Shown here: piece by piece, positions 47,153 through 56,061 of the stretch
Layout: the number at the start of each line of letters is the position of its first letter
How positions within the stretch are numbered: the first letter of the stretch is position 1
Source: Longimicrobiales bacterium
GTDB taxonomy: Bacteria; Gemmatimonadota; Gemmatimonadetes; Longimicrobiales; Gaopeijiaceae
Length of the DNA stretch: 64,000 bases
NCBI GenBank assembly: GCA_965116905.1
Contig: OZ220732.1
Span: 1,472,001-1,536,000 of the forward strand
Direction: 5' to 3'
Made by a program: the position numbers and the translations under genes
The notes under the pieces: generated by a model
Databases searched by the model: none
Seen by the model: the letters and a program-made list of their open reading frames with translations, nothing else
What the model was told of the DNA's origin: nothing

Positions 47153-48382
47153 GTGCGCGCGACCGCCACCCTCACCGACGACCTCTTCGCGCCGGAGGTG
47201 ATCGCCGACCCATACAGCTATTTCGGCGCCCTCCGGGAGATCGAGCCGGTGCACCGGAACGACCGCTTCGGCCTGTGGCTGGTCACCGGGTACGAGGAAC
47301 TCGTGTGGATCCTGCGCCACCACGAACTCTTTTCGTCGGCGGTGATCAGGCACGTCGAGGCGCCGCCGTATCCGCCGGTCGACCCAGCCGACTTGCCCCT
47401 TTTCGACGAGATCCGCGATTTCCGCGCGAACCAGCTGGTGGAGCAGGACCGGCCGGAGCACCTGCACCAGCGAAGCGTTGTCCACGGGTACTTCACGCCC
47501 AAGGCGATGGAGCGGTGGCGCCCGTTCGTGCGGGCCGCGGTCGCCGAGCTCCTCGATGGCGTTCACGCGAAGGGGTCGATGGACGTGCTGACGGAGCTCG
47601 CCGCCCCGCTTCCGGTCCGCATCATCGCGGAGATGATGGGGGTTCCCTACGAGGACCGGGACCGCTTGCGGGAGATGGCCGACGGGATCCTGTACATCAA
47701 TCGGGGCGAGCCCCATCGGCTGCGCCCGCTCGCCCGCGCGGTGAGAGGAATCGTCGACTATGCGTCGCCCCTCGTGGAGGAACGGATCGTCGAGCCGGGG
47801 ACGGACTTCATTTCCGTGCTCGCGGAGGGCGAGAACCGGGGCGTGTTCAACCGGCGCCAGGTGCTGGTGAACACGGGCCTGCTGCTCTTCGCGGGCCACG
47901 AGACCACGATGAATCTGATCTGCAACGGGCTTCTCGCCTTCATTCGCAACCCCGAGCAGTGGGAGCGGCTCCGGGCCGACCCCAAAGCGATGGCGCGGTT
48001 GGCCACCGAGGAGTGCCTGCGCTACGATCCGCCGGTCAAGTCGACCCAGCGGATCGCCGCCGAAGACGTCGAGATCGGCGGGCGGACCATCCGCAAGGGC
48101 GAGCCGCTGCGCTGGATCATGGCGGCGGCAAACCGTGATCCCGCGGTGTTCACCGATCCGGACACCTTCGATATCGGGCGGCAGCCCAACCCGCATCTGT
48201 CGTTCGGCTCGGGAATCCACTACTGCCTGGGCGCCACGCTGGCGCGGGTAGAGGGGCAGGAGATCTTCCGCGGCCTCGCGGAGCGCTTCTCCCGCTTCGA
48301 ACTGGCGACGGACCGGATCGAGTACCAGCCCAGCCTGCAGTTCCGGTCGGTCAAGTCGCTGCCCGTGAGGTGGCCGGCATGA
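47153..48382 (+). CDS. Cytochrome P450
   Basis: AGHETT I-helix, EECLR ExxR, AANRDP, FGSGIHYCLG heme-thiolate motif. Confidence 0.96.
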   Translation: MRATATLTDDLFAPEVIADPYSYFGALREIEPVHRNDRFGLWLVTGYEELVWILRHHELFSSAVIRHVEAPPYPPVDPADLPLFDEIRDFRANQLVEQDRPEHLHQRSVVHGYFTPKAMERWRPFVRAAVAELLDGVHAKGSMDVLTELAAPLPVRIIAEMMGVPYEDRDRLREMADGILYINRGEPHRLRPLARAVRGIVDYASPLVEERIVEPGTDFISVLAEGENRGVFNRRQVLVNTGLLLFAGHETTMNLICNGLLAFIRNPEQWERLRADPKAMARLATEECLRYDPPVKSTQRIAAEDVEIGGRTIRKGEPLRWIMAAANRDPAVFTDPDTFDIGRQPNPHLSFGSGIHYCLGATLARVEGQEIFRGLAERFSRFELATDRIEYQPSLQFRSVKSLPVRWPA

Positions 48383-48702
48383 GCGGGTCGTCCGGAGGGT
48401 CGCCCGGGGGGTCGAAGCCCCTGCCCGGGAGGTCGAAGTCCCTGCCCGCGGGGTCGAAGCCCCTGCCCGAGAGGCTCCTGCCCAAGAGGCTCGAGGTCCA
48501 CGTCGACCATGAACGCTGTGTCGGTAACGGCATGTGCCTGGAGTTCGCCACCGGGGTCTTCGCCCACAACGCGCGACGCCAGTCGGAAGTCGTGGACCCG
48601 GAGGGGGACGCGGTCGAGGACATCGTCATCGCTGCCGAGAACTGCCCGACGGCCGCGATCCAGCTGAGCGACGCGGCGACGGGCGAGCCGTTCGAGGTAT
48701 AG
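48379..48702 (+). CDS. [3Fe-4S]-type ferredoxin with repetitive N-terminal extension
   Basis: CVGNGMC...NCPTAAI; ATGA overlap with the P450 stop. Confidence 0.9.
   Translation: MSGSSGGSPGGSKPLPGRSKSLPAGSKPLPERLLPKRLEVHVDHERCVGNGMCLEFATGVFAHNARRQSEVVDPEGDAVEDIVIAAENCPTAAIQLSDAATGEPFEV
48409..48471 (+). repeat. Three 21-bp tandem repeats in the ferredoxin 5' end
   Basis: GGGTCGAAGCCCCTGCCCGGG / AGGTCGAAGTCCCTGCCCGCG / GGGTCGAAGCCCCTGCCCGAG, encoding GSKPLPG-like units. Confidence 0.85.
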
Positions 48703-48708
48703 CCAACC

Positions 48709-49503
48709 ATGACCATTCTGGACTTCGCGCGCCGCAAGAAGGCAGGAGAGCCGATCGTCATGATCACGGCGTACGACGCGTTGTTCGCCTCGCTGGTCGA
48801 CGCGGCCGGAGTCGATGCGATTCTGGTGGGGGATTCGCTCGTGTCGGTGCTGTGCGGCGAGAAGACGACCCTGTCGGCGACCGTCGACCAGATGATCTAC
48901 CACGGCCGCATCGTTTGCCGGGGTGCGTCACAGGCCCTGGTCGTGGTCGACATGCCCTATCTCAGCTACCAGGTGTCGCCCGTGGACGCGGTCCGCAACG
49001 GGGGGCGCATCCTGAAGGAGACGGGTGCCGGCGCGGTGAAGGTGGAGGGCGGCGCCGAGATTGCGCCGGCGGTGGAAGCGCTCGTGAACGCGGGGGTTCC
49101 GGTGATGGGACATCTCGGCTTCACGCCCCAGTCGGTGCACGCGCTGGGCGGGCCCCGGGTCCAGGGCCGTGGCGAAGGGGCGCTCGAAAAGCTGTTGCGC
49201 GACGCCAGGGCACTCGAGAACGCGGGTGTCTTCGCGATCGTGCTGGAGCTGATGCCGGCGCTGATCGCGCAACGGGTGACGGCTGGCCTCGCGGTACCCA
49301 CGATCGGCATCGGGGCCGGTCCGCGCTGCGACGGGCAGGTGCTCGTGCTGCACGACATGCTCGGCCTGAACGAGGGGTTCACCCCCCGCTTCCTGAAGCG
49401 CTACGCGGAGTTGGGCGCGGAGGTGGAGGGCGCGGTCAAGCGCTACGCGGAAGAGGTGCGGACGGGCAAATTCCCCGGACCCGAACACGTCTACAAGGTG
49501 TGA
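48709..49503 (+). CDS. panB: 3-methyl-2-oxobutanoate hydroxymethyltransferase
   Basis: MITAYD, ILVGDS, VVVDMP, AVKVEGG, MGHLGFTPQS, TIGIGAG..CDGQVLV.HDMLG. Confidence 0.97.
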   Translation: MTILDFARRKKAGEPIVMITAYDALFASLVDAAGVDAILVGDSLVSVLCGEKTTLSATVDQMIYHGRIVCRGASQALVVVDMPYLSYQVSPVDAVRNGGRILKETGAGAVKVEGGAEIAPAVEALVNAGVPVMGHLGFTPQSVHALGGPRVQGRGEGALEKLLRDARALENAGVFAIVLELMPALIAQRVTAGLAVPTIGIGAGPRCDGQVLVLHDMLGLNEGFTPRFLKRYAELGAEVEGAVKRYAEEVRTGKFPGPEHVYKV

Positions 49504-49513
49504 CGCCGGCCGG

Positions 49514-49537
49514 CCGGGCCCGCTAGCCAGGGCCCGG
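49514..49537. terminator. GC hairpin between the convergent panB and dehydrogenase genes
   Basis: CCGGGCCC, 8-nt loop, GGGCCCGG; no U-tract. Confidence 0.3.
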
Positions 49538-49562
49538 GCCGCCCGCGCCCGGCCGCGAGTCC

Positions 49563-50630
49563 CTACTTCTTCGTCGCTATCCGCTCTTCGGCCATCCAGT
49601 CGGCGGCGGCGACCGTGCTCATCCCCAGTTCCTCGGCCAGCTTGATCACCTGAAGCGTCTGGTCGTAGATCTGCGTCACTTTCGAGTAGATGGTGAAGTC
49701 CTCGGTGGGCCGCCCGAACACTTCCTCCTGACACCGGATCAGGCCGCCCGAGTTGACGAGGTAGTCGGGCCCGTAGGTGATGCCGCGCGCCGTGAGCGCA
49801 TCCGCGTGGCGAGCTTCGGCCAGCACGTTGTTGGCGCCCCCCGCCACCGCCGGACAGCGAAGCCGGGGCACCGTGTCATCGTTGAGCACGCCACCGATCG
49901 AATTCGGTGAGAACACGTCGCACTCGACGTCGTAGATGTCATCCGTGGACACGACTTCGGCCCCCATTTCACTTGCTGCCCGGACCACCACCGGTTCGTA
50001 GATGTCGGCAACGGTGAGCTTCGCGCCGGCCTCGTGGCAGAAGCGCGCCACCGAGAAGCCGACGTTGCCCAGCCCCTGGATCGCGATGTGACGCCCGGCC
50101 AGCGAGTCGTTGCCCGTCGTGGCCTTCAGCACCGCCCTGATTCCGCAGCTGACCCCGTACGCGGTCGTGCGCGAGGGGTCGCCCGCGCCCCCCGCGGACT
50201 CGTTCACGCACGCAACGTTTCTTGTTGCGCCGCGAATGACGGCCATGTCGTGCGAGTTGGTGCCGATGTCCTGACCGGCGATGTACTCGCCGCCCATCGT
50301 CTCGACGAAACGGCCCAGCGCGCGCAGCAGCGCGGGGTTCTTCGAGGTGCGTGCGTCCCCGATCACCACGGACTTCCCGCCGCCCAGGTCGACGCCGCTG
50401 ATCGCGGCCTTGTAGGTCATGCCGCGCGACAGGCGCAGCACGTCGTTCAACGCTTCTTCTTCGGTGCCGTACGGCAGCATTCGCACGCCGCCGAGCGCGG
50501 GGCCCAGGGTCGTGTCGTGAATCGCGATGATTGCCCGCAGTCCCGACTCGTTGTCGTTGCAGAAAACCACCTTCTCGTAGTCGTATTCGGAAAGACGCTC
50601 AAACACATGCATCGGATGGGTGGGCTCCAA
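49563..50630 (-). CDS. Glu/Leu/Phe/Val dehydrogenase (leucine/valine dehydrogenase type)
   Basis: IAIHDTTLGPALGG.R, LSRGMTYK, GGGKSV, QGLGNVG, GGANN, PDYLVNSGG. Alternative ATG at 50609. Confidence 0.95.
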   Translation of the reverse strand: MEPTHPMHVFERLSEYDYEKVVFCNDNESGLRAIIAIHDTTLGPALGGVRMLPYGTEEEALNDVLRLSRGMTYKAAISGVDLGGGKSVVIGDARTSKNPALLRALGRFVETMGGEYIAGQDIGTNSHDMAVIRGATRNVACVNESAGGAGDPSRTTAYGVSCGIRAVLKATTGNDSLAGRHIAIQGLGNVGFSVARFCHEAGAKLTVADIYEPVVVRAASEMGAEVVSTDDIYDVECDVFSPNSIGGVLNDDTVPRLRCPAVAGGANNVLAEARHADALTARGITYGPDYLVNSGGLIRCQEEVFGRPTEDFTIYSKVTQIYDQTLQVIKLAEELGMSTVAAADWMAEERIATKK

Positions 50631-50761
50631 TTCTTCAGATCGGTTCAGGAGAAACTTCGTCGCGCCGGTTCGTTCGCGGACGACGGCCCTTTTCCGGGCG
50701 ACCTAAAAATAAGCCCAACGGAGCCCTCGTGCCGTCCGTGGGTCGCTCACGCGCAGTGCGG

Positions 50762-50807
50762 CGGTTAGTACAGTTTGCGAGCTAAACCATACCAAGGACA
50801 CGACAGC
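50762..50807 (-). promoter_or_regulatory. Dispersed 46-bp non-coding motif, copy B, upstream of the Leu/Val dehydrogenase
   Basis: Minus strand GCTGTCGTGTCCTTGGTATGGTTTAGCTCGCAAACTGTACTAACCG; 35/46 identity to copy A. Confidence 0.7.
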
Positions 50808-50821
50808 CACAGGCAAGTCCC

Positions 50822-51805
50822 TCAAGGGCCCTGGAGCCGCGCGATCTCCGCTTCCGCCGCGATGTAGCCGAAGCCCGCCCAGCCGGAGCCCTCCACAATG
50901 CGTCGGAACATCTCCTCGGCCTGCTCGGGGCGCCCGCTGTAGAGGTGCCACGCCGCGACCCCGTACGCGATCGCCACGCCGGCGGGGTCCTCGCTCTCCG
51001 GGTCCCACAGTTCATCCGCCTCGATCTCACCCCGGTACATCAGGAGAAGGCGGTGGTAGCTCGTGTTCTCGATCACGTCCATGTCGGCCGTGATTCGCTC
51101 CAGGACGGCCGCGGCTTCCTCGTCGCGGCCCAGACGCCGCAGCGCCATGTACCACCAGTGCGAGATCGCCACGAGCTGGTCGGGGTTCGTGGTCACGGCG
51201 AAGTAGGCCTCGTACGACTGCAACGCGGCGTCGAAGTCGCCCTTCAGGTAGTGGGCGAGTGCGAGGTGGTAGTGGATGTTCGACTGCAGCGTGCTCGTGG
51301 GGATCCCGCGCTCGTTCGGCTGGCCGTCGGGCTCCACCTCGTCCGGCTGGCCCGCGACGAGCCCGGCGGCGTGGGACAGGTCCTCGATGGCCCGGTCGAA
51401 CTCGCGGACGCTGATCCAGCGGTGCCCGCGGTGGCGGTACATGCGCGCGTCGCCGGGGTGCTTGCCGACTCCCTCCGAGAACACCTCGATCGCCTCGCGG
51501 TACCGGCCCGTGTACCCGATCCGCCGGCCCAGCCAGATGATCGCGTCCGCGTCGTCCGGATCGGACTCGTAGTCTGCGCGGGCGGCGTCCACATCCTCAG
51601 CCTGGCGGGCCGCGACCTCGGGTGGGGCCTGTGGGGGATACAGCGGCTCGCCCAGCAGCGAAATGGCCTCCGCGCCTTCGGGGAGCGCCGGACCGTCGTC
51701 CGCGGCATCGGCCGGGGGCTCGGCTGAAGGATCGTCGGCTGGGCCGCATGCGGCGGACAGCGGAACGACGGACAGCAGGACAGCGATGAGGAGCGTGCGG
51801 CGCAT
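50822..51805 (-). CDS. TPR lipoprotein
   Basis: MRRTLLIAVLLSVVPLSAAC lipobox; IWLGRR, YRHRGHR, YHLALAHYLKGDF TPR units. Confidence 0.87.
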   Translation of the reverse strand: MRRTLLIAVLLSVVPLSAACGPADDPSAEPPADAADDGPALPEGAEAISLLGEPLYPPQAPPEVAARQAEDVDAARADYESDPDDADAIIWLGRRIGYTGRYREAIEVFSEGVGKHPGDARMYRHRGHRWISVREFDRAIEDLSHAAGLVAGQPDEVEPDGQPNERGIPTSTLQSNIHYHLALAHYLKGDFDAALQSYEAYFAVTTNPDQLVAISHWWYMALRRLGRDEEAAAVLERITADMDVIENTSYHRLLLMYRGEIEADELWDPESEDPAGVAIAYGVAAWHLYSGRPEQAEEMFRRIVEGSGWAGFGYIAAEAEIARLQGP

Positions 51806-51995
51806 ACGAACGTCCAGGCTTGTGATGGCTGGTGATGGAACGGGGACAAGGTTGGGTCGCGGGTCCGCCGGGTCAAACGGACGGAGCCGCCACCGGGCCG
51901 CCACCGGGCTGCCGCTGTTTTGCGCAGCGCCGATGAGCCGAATAGACTTTGGCCGTGGCCCACCGAATTGGCCCCAACGGAAAGAAGCGTGCCGC

Positions 51996-53576
51996 ATGTC
52001 GATCGCAAAGCTGTCCGGAACCTCCCTGATGGCGGGGGTGCTCACGTTGCCGGGAGCCGCTGCCGCGGCCCTGGTCGCCACAAGCCTGGCGTCCCCCCCT
52101 CTCGCCGCGCAGTCTGACGTGTCCGCCCGGCGCGACGCGGCCCCGCAGGAAGCCCCGCCCGCCCAGGAGGACGTCACCTTCACCCGCGACATCGCGCCCA
52201 TCCTCCAGCGCGCCTGCGTGCGCTGTCACCGTGACGACGGCGTGGCCCCCATGTCGCTCGTCGCTTACGACGAGGTGAAGCCCTACGCAAGCCGGATCGC
52301 GCGCCGCACGCAGATCCGCGACCGCGCAGGCGCGATGCCCCCCTGGTACGTCGAGAAGGACATCGGCATCCAGCACTTCAAGGACGACATGTCCCTCCAG
52401 GACCACGAGATCGCCGCGCTGCAGCAGTGGTGGCGCGCCGGAACGCCCGAAGGCGACCCCGCGGATCTTCCTCCCCCGCTCGAGTTCGACGACGAAGTGG
52501 TGTGGGTGGCGGGCGAGCCCGACCTGATCGTGAAGCTGCCCGAGGTGCTGGTCGAAGACGACGTCCCCGACTGGTGGGGCGACATCGAACCGATCCCGAC
52601 CGGCCTCACCGAAGACCGCTACGTCAAGTCCGTCGAGATCCGCGAGGTCAACGACGTCGGCCGCAACCCCGACGGCGGACACGAGGGACGCCACACCGTC
52701 GGCGGCCGCTTCGTCGTGCACCACATGATCTGGAGCACCCGCGTCCCCGCCGAGGAAGCGGGCGACGGCCCCAGAAGCACGAGCTGGCCGGTCCACGAGG
52801 TCGGCCGCGAGCCCGACATCTTCGACGACGACGCGGGCCGCCTCCTGCGAGCGGGTTCGTCCGTCGTCTCCAACTCGCTGCACCTGCACTCCAACGGCCG
52901 CGACACGCGTGCCCACCTCGAAATCGGCTTCCGCTTCCACCCGCCCGACTACGAGCCGAAATACCGGCGGGCCTTCTTCGGCCTGGGCAACGGCAGCGAC
53001 ATCGACATCCGCGCCGGTGAGGCGGGCCAGGAACTGCACGCCTACCAGGTCCTCAACCAGCACACCAAGATCGTCACTTTCGAACCCCACCTGCACGCCC
53101 CCGGCATGCGCATGTGCCTCGAGGCCATCTGGGGCTTCAACGTCGAGACGATCAACTGCGTCGGCTACGATCACAACTGGGTGCGCGGCTACACCTACGC
53201 CCAGGACCACCAGCCGCTGCTCCCGCGCGGAACGGTCCTGCACATCGTCGGCTACATGGACACTTCGGAAGCGAACCGCAACGTGCCCGACACCCGCAAC
53301 TGGCAGGGCTCCGGCAATCGCTCCGTCGCCAACATGTTCATCGACCTCGGCATGCGCGTCGCCCTCACCGACGAGCAGTTCGTCGAGGAGATGGCGCTCC
53401 GCCGCGAACGCCTCGCACTCGGTCCCAACGACCACGTGATCGGGTGTCCGCTCTGCATGGTCATCCCCGAGAACGGGAATCCCCGCTACTATGCCGCAGA
53501 TGGGGATGGGGCCGGAGGCCAGAGCGACCAGACCGGCAATTCGACGGGTGCGAACCGTGGCCGCGGGAATCGGTAG
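51996..53576 (+). CDS. Exported cytochrome c plus copper type II (PHM/DBH-like) monooxygenase fusion (copy 2)
   Basis: Signal peptide LAA-Q; VTFTRDIAPILQRACVRCH, MPPW; VVHHM, LHLH, PHLH, ANM candidate ligands; C-terminal CPLC. Confidence 0.85.
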   Translation: MSIAKLSGTSLMAGVLTLPGAAAAALVATSLASPPLAAQSDVSARRDAAPQEAPPAQEDVTFTRDIAPILQRACVRCHRDDGVAPMSLVAYDEVKPYASRIARRTQIRDRAGAMPPWYVEKDIGIQHFKDDMSLQDHEIAALQQWWRAGTPEGDPADLPPPLEFDDEVVWVAGEPDLIVKLPEVLVEDDVPDWWGDIEPIPTGLTEDRYVKSVEIREVNDVGRNPDGGHEGRHTVGGRFVVHHMIWSTRVPAEEAGDGPRSTSWPVHEVGREPDIFDDDAGRLLRAGSSVVSNSLHLHSNGRDTRAHLEIGFRFHPPDYEPKYRRAFFGLGNGSDIDIRAGEAGQELHAYQVLNQHTKIVTFEPHLHAPGMRMCLEAIWGFNVETINCVGYDHNWVRGYTYAQDHQPLLPRGTVLHIVGYMDTSEANRNVPDTRNWQGSGNRSVANMFIDLGMRVALTDEQFVEEMALRRERLALGPNDHVIGCPLCMVIPENGNPRYYAADGDGAGGQSDQTGNSTGANRGRGNR

Positions 53577-53598
53577 CGGCGTGGGAGGAGGGTTCGCG

Positions 53599-54712
53599 GT
53601 GACAGCGCCGCCTGGCTGGCGGGACCGGACGCCGATTCGAGCGCGGGGCCAGGTGGCCGCGGTGACCGTTCCGTTCGCGATCTCCCTGCTCGTTGCCTTC
53701 GCGATCCCCCCCCGAAGCTGCCGCCCAGACCTATCAGCGCGGCCAGAACGTGGCGCCCGCCTTCGAGGGCTGGGAGCGCAACGAGGACGGCTCGTTCAGC
53801 TTCCTCTTCGGCTACATGAACCGGAACTGGCTCGAAGAGGTCGACGTGCCGGTCGGGGAGCACAACGCGTTCTCGCCCGGCCCGGCGGACCGGGGACAGC
53901 CCACGCACTTCCTGCCGCGCCGCAACCGCTTCGTGTTCAAGGTCCGCGTGCCCGCCGACTGGGGCGACAGGGAACTGGTGTGGACGCTCACGAGCAACGG
54001 CGTCACCGAGCGCGCCTACGCGACCCTGCGGCCCGACTACGTGGTCGACAACGTCGTGATCATGTCCGAGACGGGCGCCCTGGGAGCCGGGTCGAGCAAC
54101 GCGCAGATGCGGGCGAACCAGCCTCCGACGATCACGCTCGAGGGACCGGAAGCGCGCCAGGCCACCGTGGGAGTCCCGCTCGGCATCACGGTGCTCGTGG
54201 AGGACGACGGCCTGCTGAGATCTCGCCGCCGACCTCCGCCCCCGCCCCCGGAGACTCCCGAGGACTCCGCGCGCGCCGACTCGATCTGGAACGCGCCGCC
54301 GACCTTCAGCCGCAGACAGCTCACCCCTCCGTCCCGGATCACCGTGCAGAAGGCCAACGGCCTGTTCATGTCGTGGTTCCTGTACCGGGGCGACGGGGCC
54401 GAAGACGACATCGAGGCCGGCGAGAGCCCCGCGGCCGGCGAGCGCCCCGCGGCTGGCCAGCGCCCCGCGGCCGGCGAGAGCCCCGTGACCTTCGATCCGC
54501 CCCAGATCAAGGTGTGGGAGGACACGCGCGCCGGGGCCAACTCGCCCTGGGCCCCGCTGTGGGTGCCGCCCGAACTGCCTGAAGACGGCCGCTGGACCGT
54601 AAACGTAACCTTCGACCAGCCGGGGACCTACCTGCTGCGCGGGCGTGCGGACGACGGCGGCCTGTTCGCGGACGTGGAGGTCACGGTGACGGTGAGGCCG
54701 GTGGCGAGTTGA
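53599..54712 (+). pseudogene. Exported partner protein (copy 2), +1 frameshift in a C8 tract within the signal-peptide region
   Basis: GGAGGAGG RBS then GTG 53599 gives ...FAISLLVAFAIPP; after C8 (53706-53713) the next frame reads EAAAQTYQRGQNVAPAFEGWERNEDGSFSFLFGYMN...QPTHF...FDQPGTYLLRG. Confidence 0.8.
54416..54484 (+). repeat. Nearly four 18-bp in-frame tandem repeats (AGESPA/AGERPA/AGQRPA/AGESP)
   Basis: GCCGGCGAGAGCCCCGCG-like units inside the partner gene. Confidence 0.85.
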
Positions 54713-54731
54713 CTCAGGTCCAGGCCTGGGT

Positions 54732-54760
54732 TTGACTCGGCACCATCTTACCAGTAAGAT
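54732..54760 (+). promoter_or_regulatory. Sigma70-type promoter with overlapping palindromic operator, leaderless TA transcript
   Basis: TTGACT(54732)-17 bp-TAAGAT(54755); ATCTTAC-CA-GTAAGAT (54745-54760); ATG at 54768. Confidence 0.75.
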
Positions 54761-54767
54761 TCCTGTC

Positions 54768-55028
54768 ATGAACGACATCGCAACAACCAGATTGTCGTCC
54801 AAAGGTCAGGTCGTTATTCCGGAAGCGATTCGACAGAGGATGGGACTCGAAACGGGCACCGAGTTTGTGGTGGTCGGCGAAGATGGGACGGTGGTACTCA
54901 AGGTGATCGAGCCGCCTTCGATGCGGGATTTCGACGAGATTGTGGCAAAGGCGCGAAGCGGTGCGCGGCTTGCCGGACTGCGCGAATCCGATATCGCTGA
55001 TGCGATCCGCGCCGTACGATCGGCGTGA
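54768..55028 (+). CDS. AbrB/MazE/SpoVT family antitoxin
   Basis: TTRLSSKGQVVIPEAIRQRMGL..GTEF...GTVVLK. Confidence 0.92.
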   Translation: MNDIATTRLSSKGQVVIPEAIRQRMGLETGTEFVVVGEDGTVVLKVIEPPSMRDFDEIVAKARSGARLAGLRESDIADAIRAVRSA

Positions 55029-55135
55029 AGGTCGTCGTCGATACCAACGTCTTCGTCTCGGGAGTGTTCTTTGGCGGACCACCGGGCGACGTGCTCGCGG
55101 CTTGGCGTCTGTCCCTAACGGTCGATGCGGGCTAA
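55025..55135 (+). pseudogene. Truncated PIN-domain toxin (36 codons)
   Basis: GTGA overlap with the antitoxin; MKVVVDTNVFVSGVFFGGPPGDVLAAWR then unrelated residues and TAA at 55133. Confidence 0.85.
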
Positions 55136-55153
55136 CCGGACCCCCGCGGCGAG

Positions 55154-55972
55154 TCAAGCCGGTTCGTCGGCAACCCTCGGCAGGATCCCCCCCGGCTGAC
55201 CGAAGTGGGGCACCAGACCCTGTTCCTCCAGGGAGAGCCCGGGGGACGGCGCAGCGAAGTGGCCGCGGTTCGGAGCATGGTATAGACAGCCAACCTCTTC
55301 GTGGGGCCTTCTGCGGATGAACTCGTCCGCATCAGAGAGCGCCGCCTGCCAAACGGTCCTTGCTTCGACGAGATCGAAGGGCCGGGCGAGGGCAAGCCGG
55401 GCGATCTCCTCTGGCTGGAAGCGGCCCCGGCGTTTCAGCTGTTCGAGCAGCGAAGCCGGCGTGAATCCGGGATCCTTGCCGACGGCCGCCCAGACCATTG
55501 CACCCAGGGGCAGGACATGCTGGTGCGCGTGGAGAATGTCTACGAAGTCGCGTGCCTCGTCGCGACCCGCAAGCGTCAGCACCTTGTTGATCGCCAAGTC
55601 CACCTCGTGCAACACCTGGCCGCCCATTTCGTCGCGCACCAGAGGCATGAAGCGCCAGGCCGAGTCGTGAGCCCAGTTGGGGCAGGCCATCGGATCACCG
55701 GCGCCAAGCAGTCGCCCCGCCATCCTCCAGGCCCTCATGTCTCCGTTCTTCTTCAGCGTCTCGGCGACCCAGGCAACGTCGGTGGGGCCAATTTCCAGAT
55801 CCCTGCGGTAGGACCAGAAGCACGGGGCATGAAACTCGCGGAAGGCCCGCCGGGCTTCGCGAACGCGCACCATGGCCCTGGCCGTCTCGGGGTCGAGTGA
55901 GCGACGACTCTTCCTGCCCCCCTTGCGGCCGATCTCCGCCAGGTATCTCTGGATGTTGCTGTCCATGGTCAT
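55154..55972 (-). CDS. Apparent in-frame fusion of a small basic protein to the C-terminal part of an AbiEii-like nucleotidyltransferase
   Basis: N-part YLAEIGRKGG...CFWS...AWRMAGRL; short junction LGAGDPMACPN; C-part WAHDSAWRF...DLAINKVLTLAGRDEARDFVD. No GG...S.D.D nucleotidyltransferase motif is present. Confidence 0.6.
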   Translation of the reverse strand: MTMDSNIQRYLAEIGRKGGRKSRRSLDPETARAMVRVREARRAFREFHAPCFWSYRRDLEIGPTDVAWVAETLKKNGDMRAWRMAGRLLGAGDPMACPNWAHDSAWRFMPLVRDEMGGQVLHEVDLAINKVLTLAGRDEARDFVDILHAHQHVLPLGAMVWAAVGKDPGFTPASLLEQLKRRGRFQPEEIARLALARPFDLVEARTVWQAALSDADEFIRRRPHEEVGCLYHAPNRGHFAAPSPGLSLEEQGLVPHFGQPGGILPRVADEPA

Positions 55973-55976
55973 ATCA

Positions 55977-55987
55977 TAAGCGGCTTA
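55977..55987. promoter_or_regulatory. Short palindrome immediately upstream of the fusion gene
   Basis: TAAGC-G-GCTTA. Confidence 0.4.
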
Positions 55988-56061
55988 CGTTCATTCGTCG
56001 AGCGTGACGTGTCTTCGCCGGCAACGTGGAGAGTTGGTCCAGGAATCGCCCGGTGGGCGAG

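Noticed and set aside
50775..50800. Sigma-54 promoter within the 46-bp motif
   Set aside because: GG-to-GC spacing deviates from the -24/-12 consensus in both copies.
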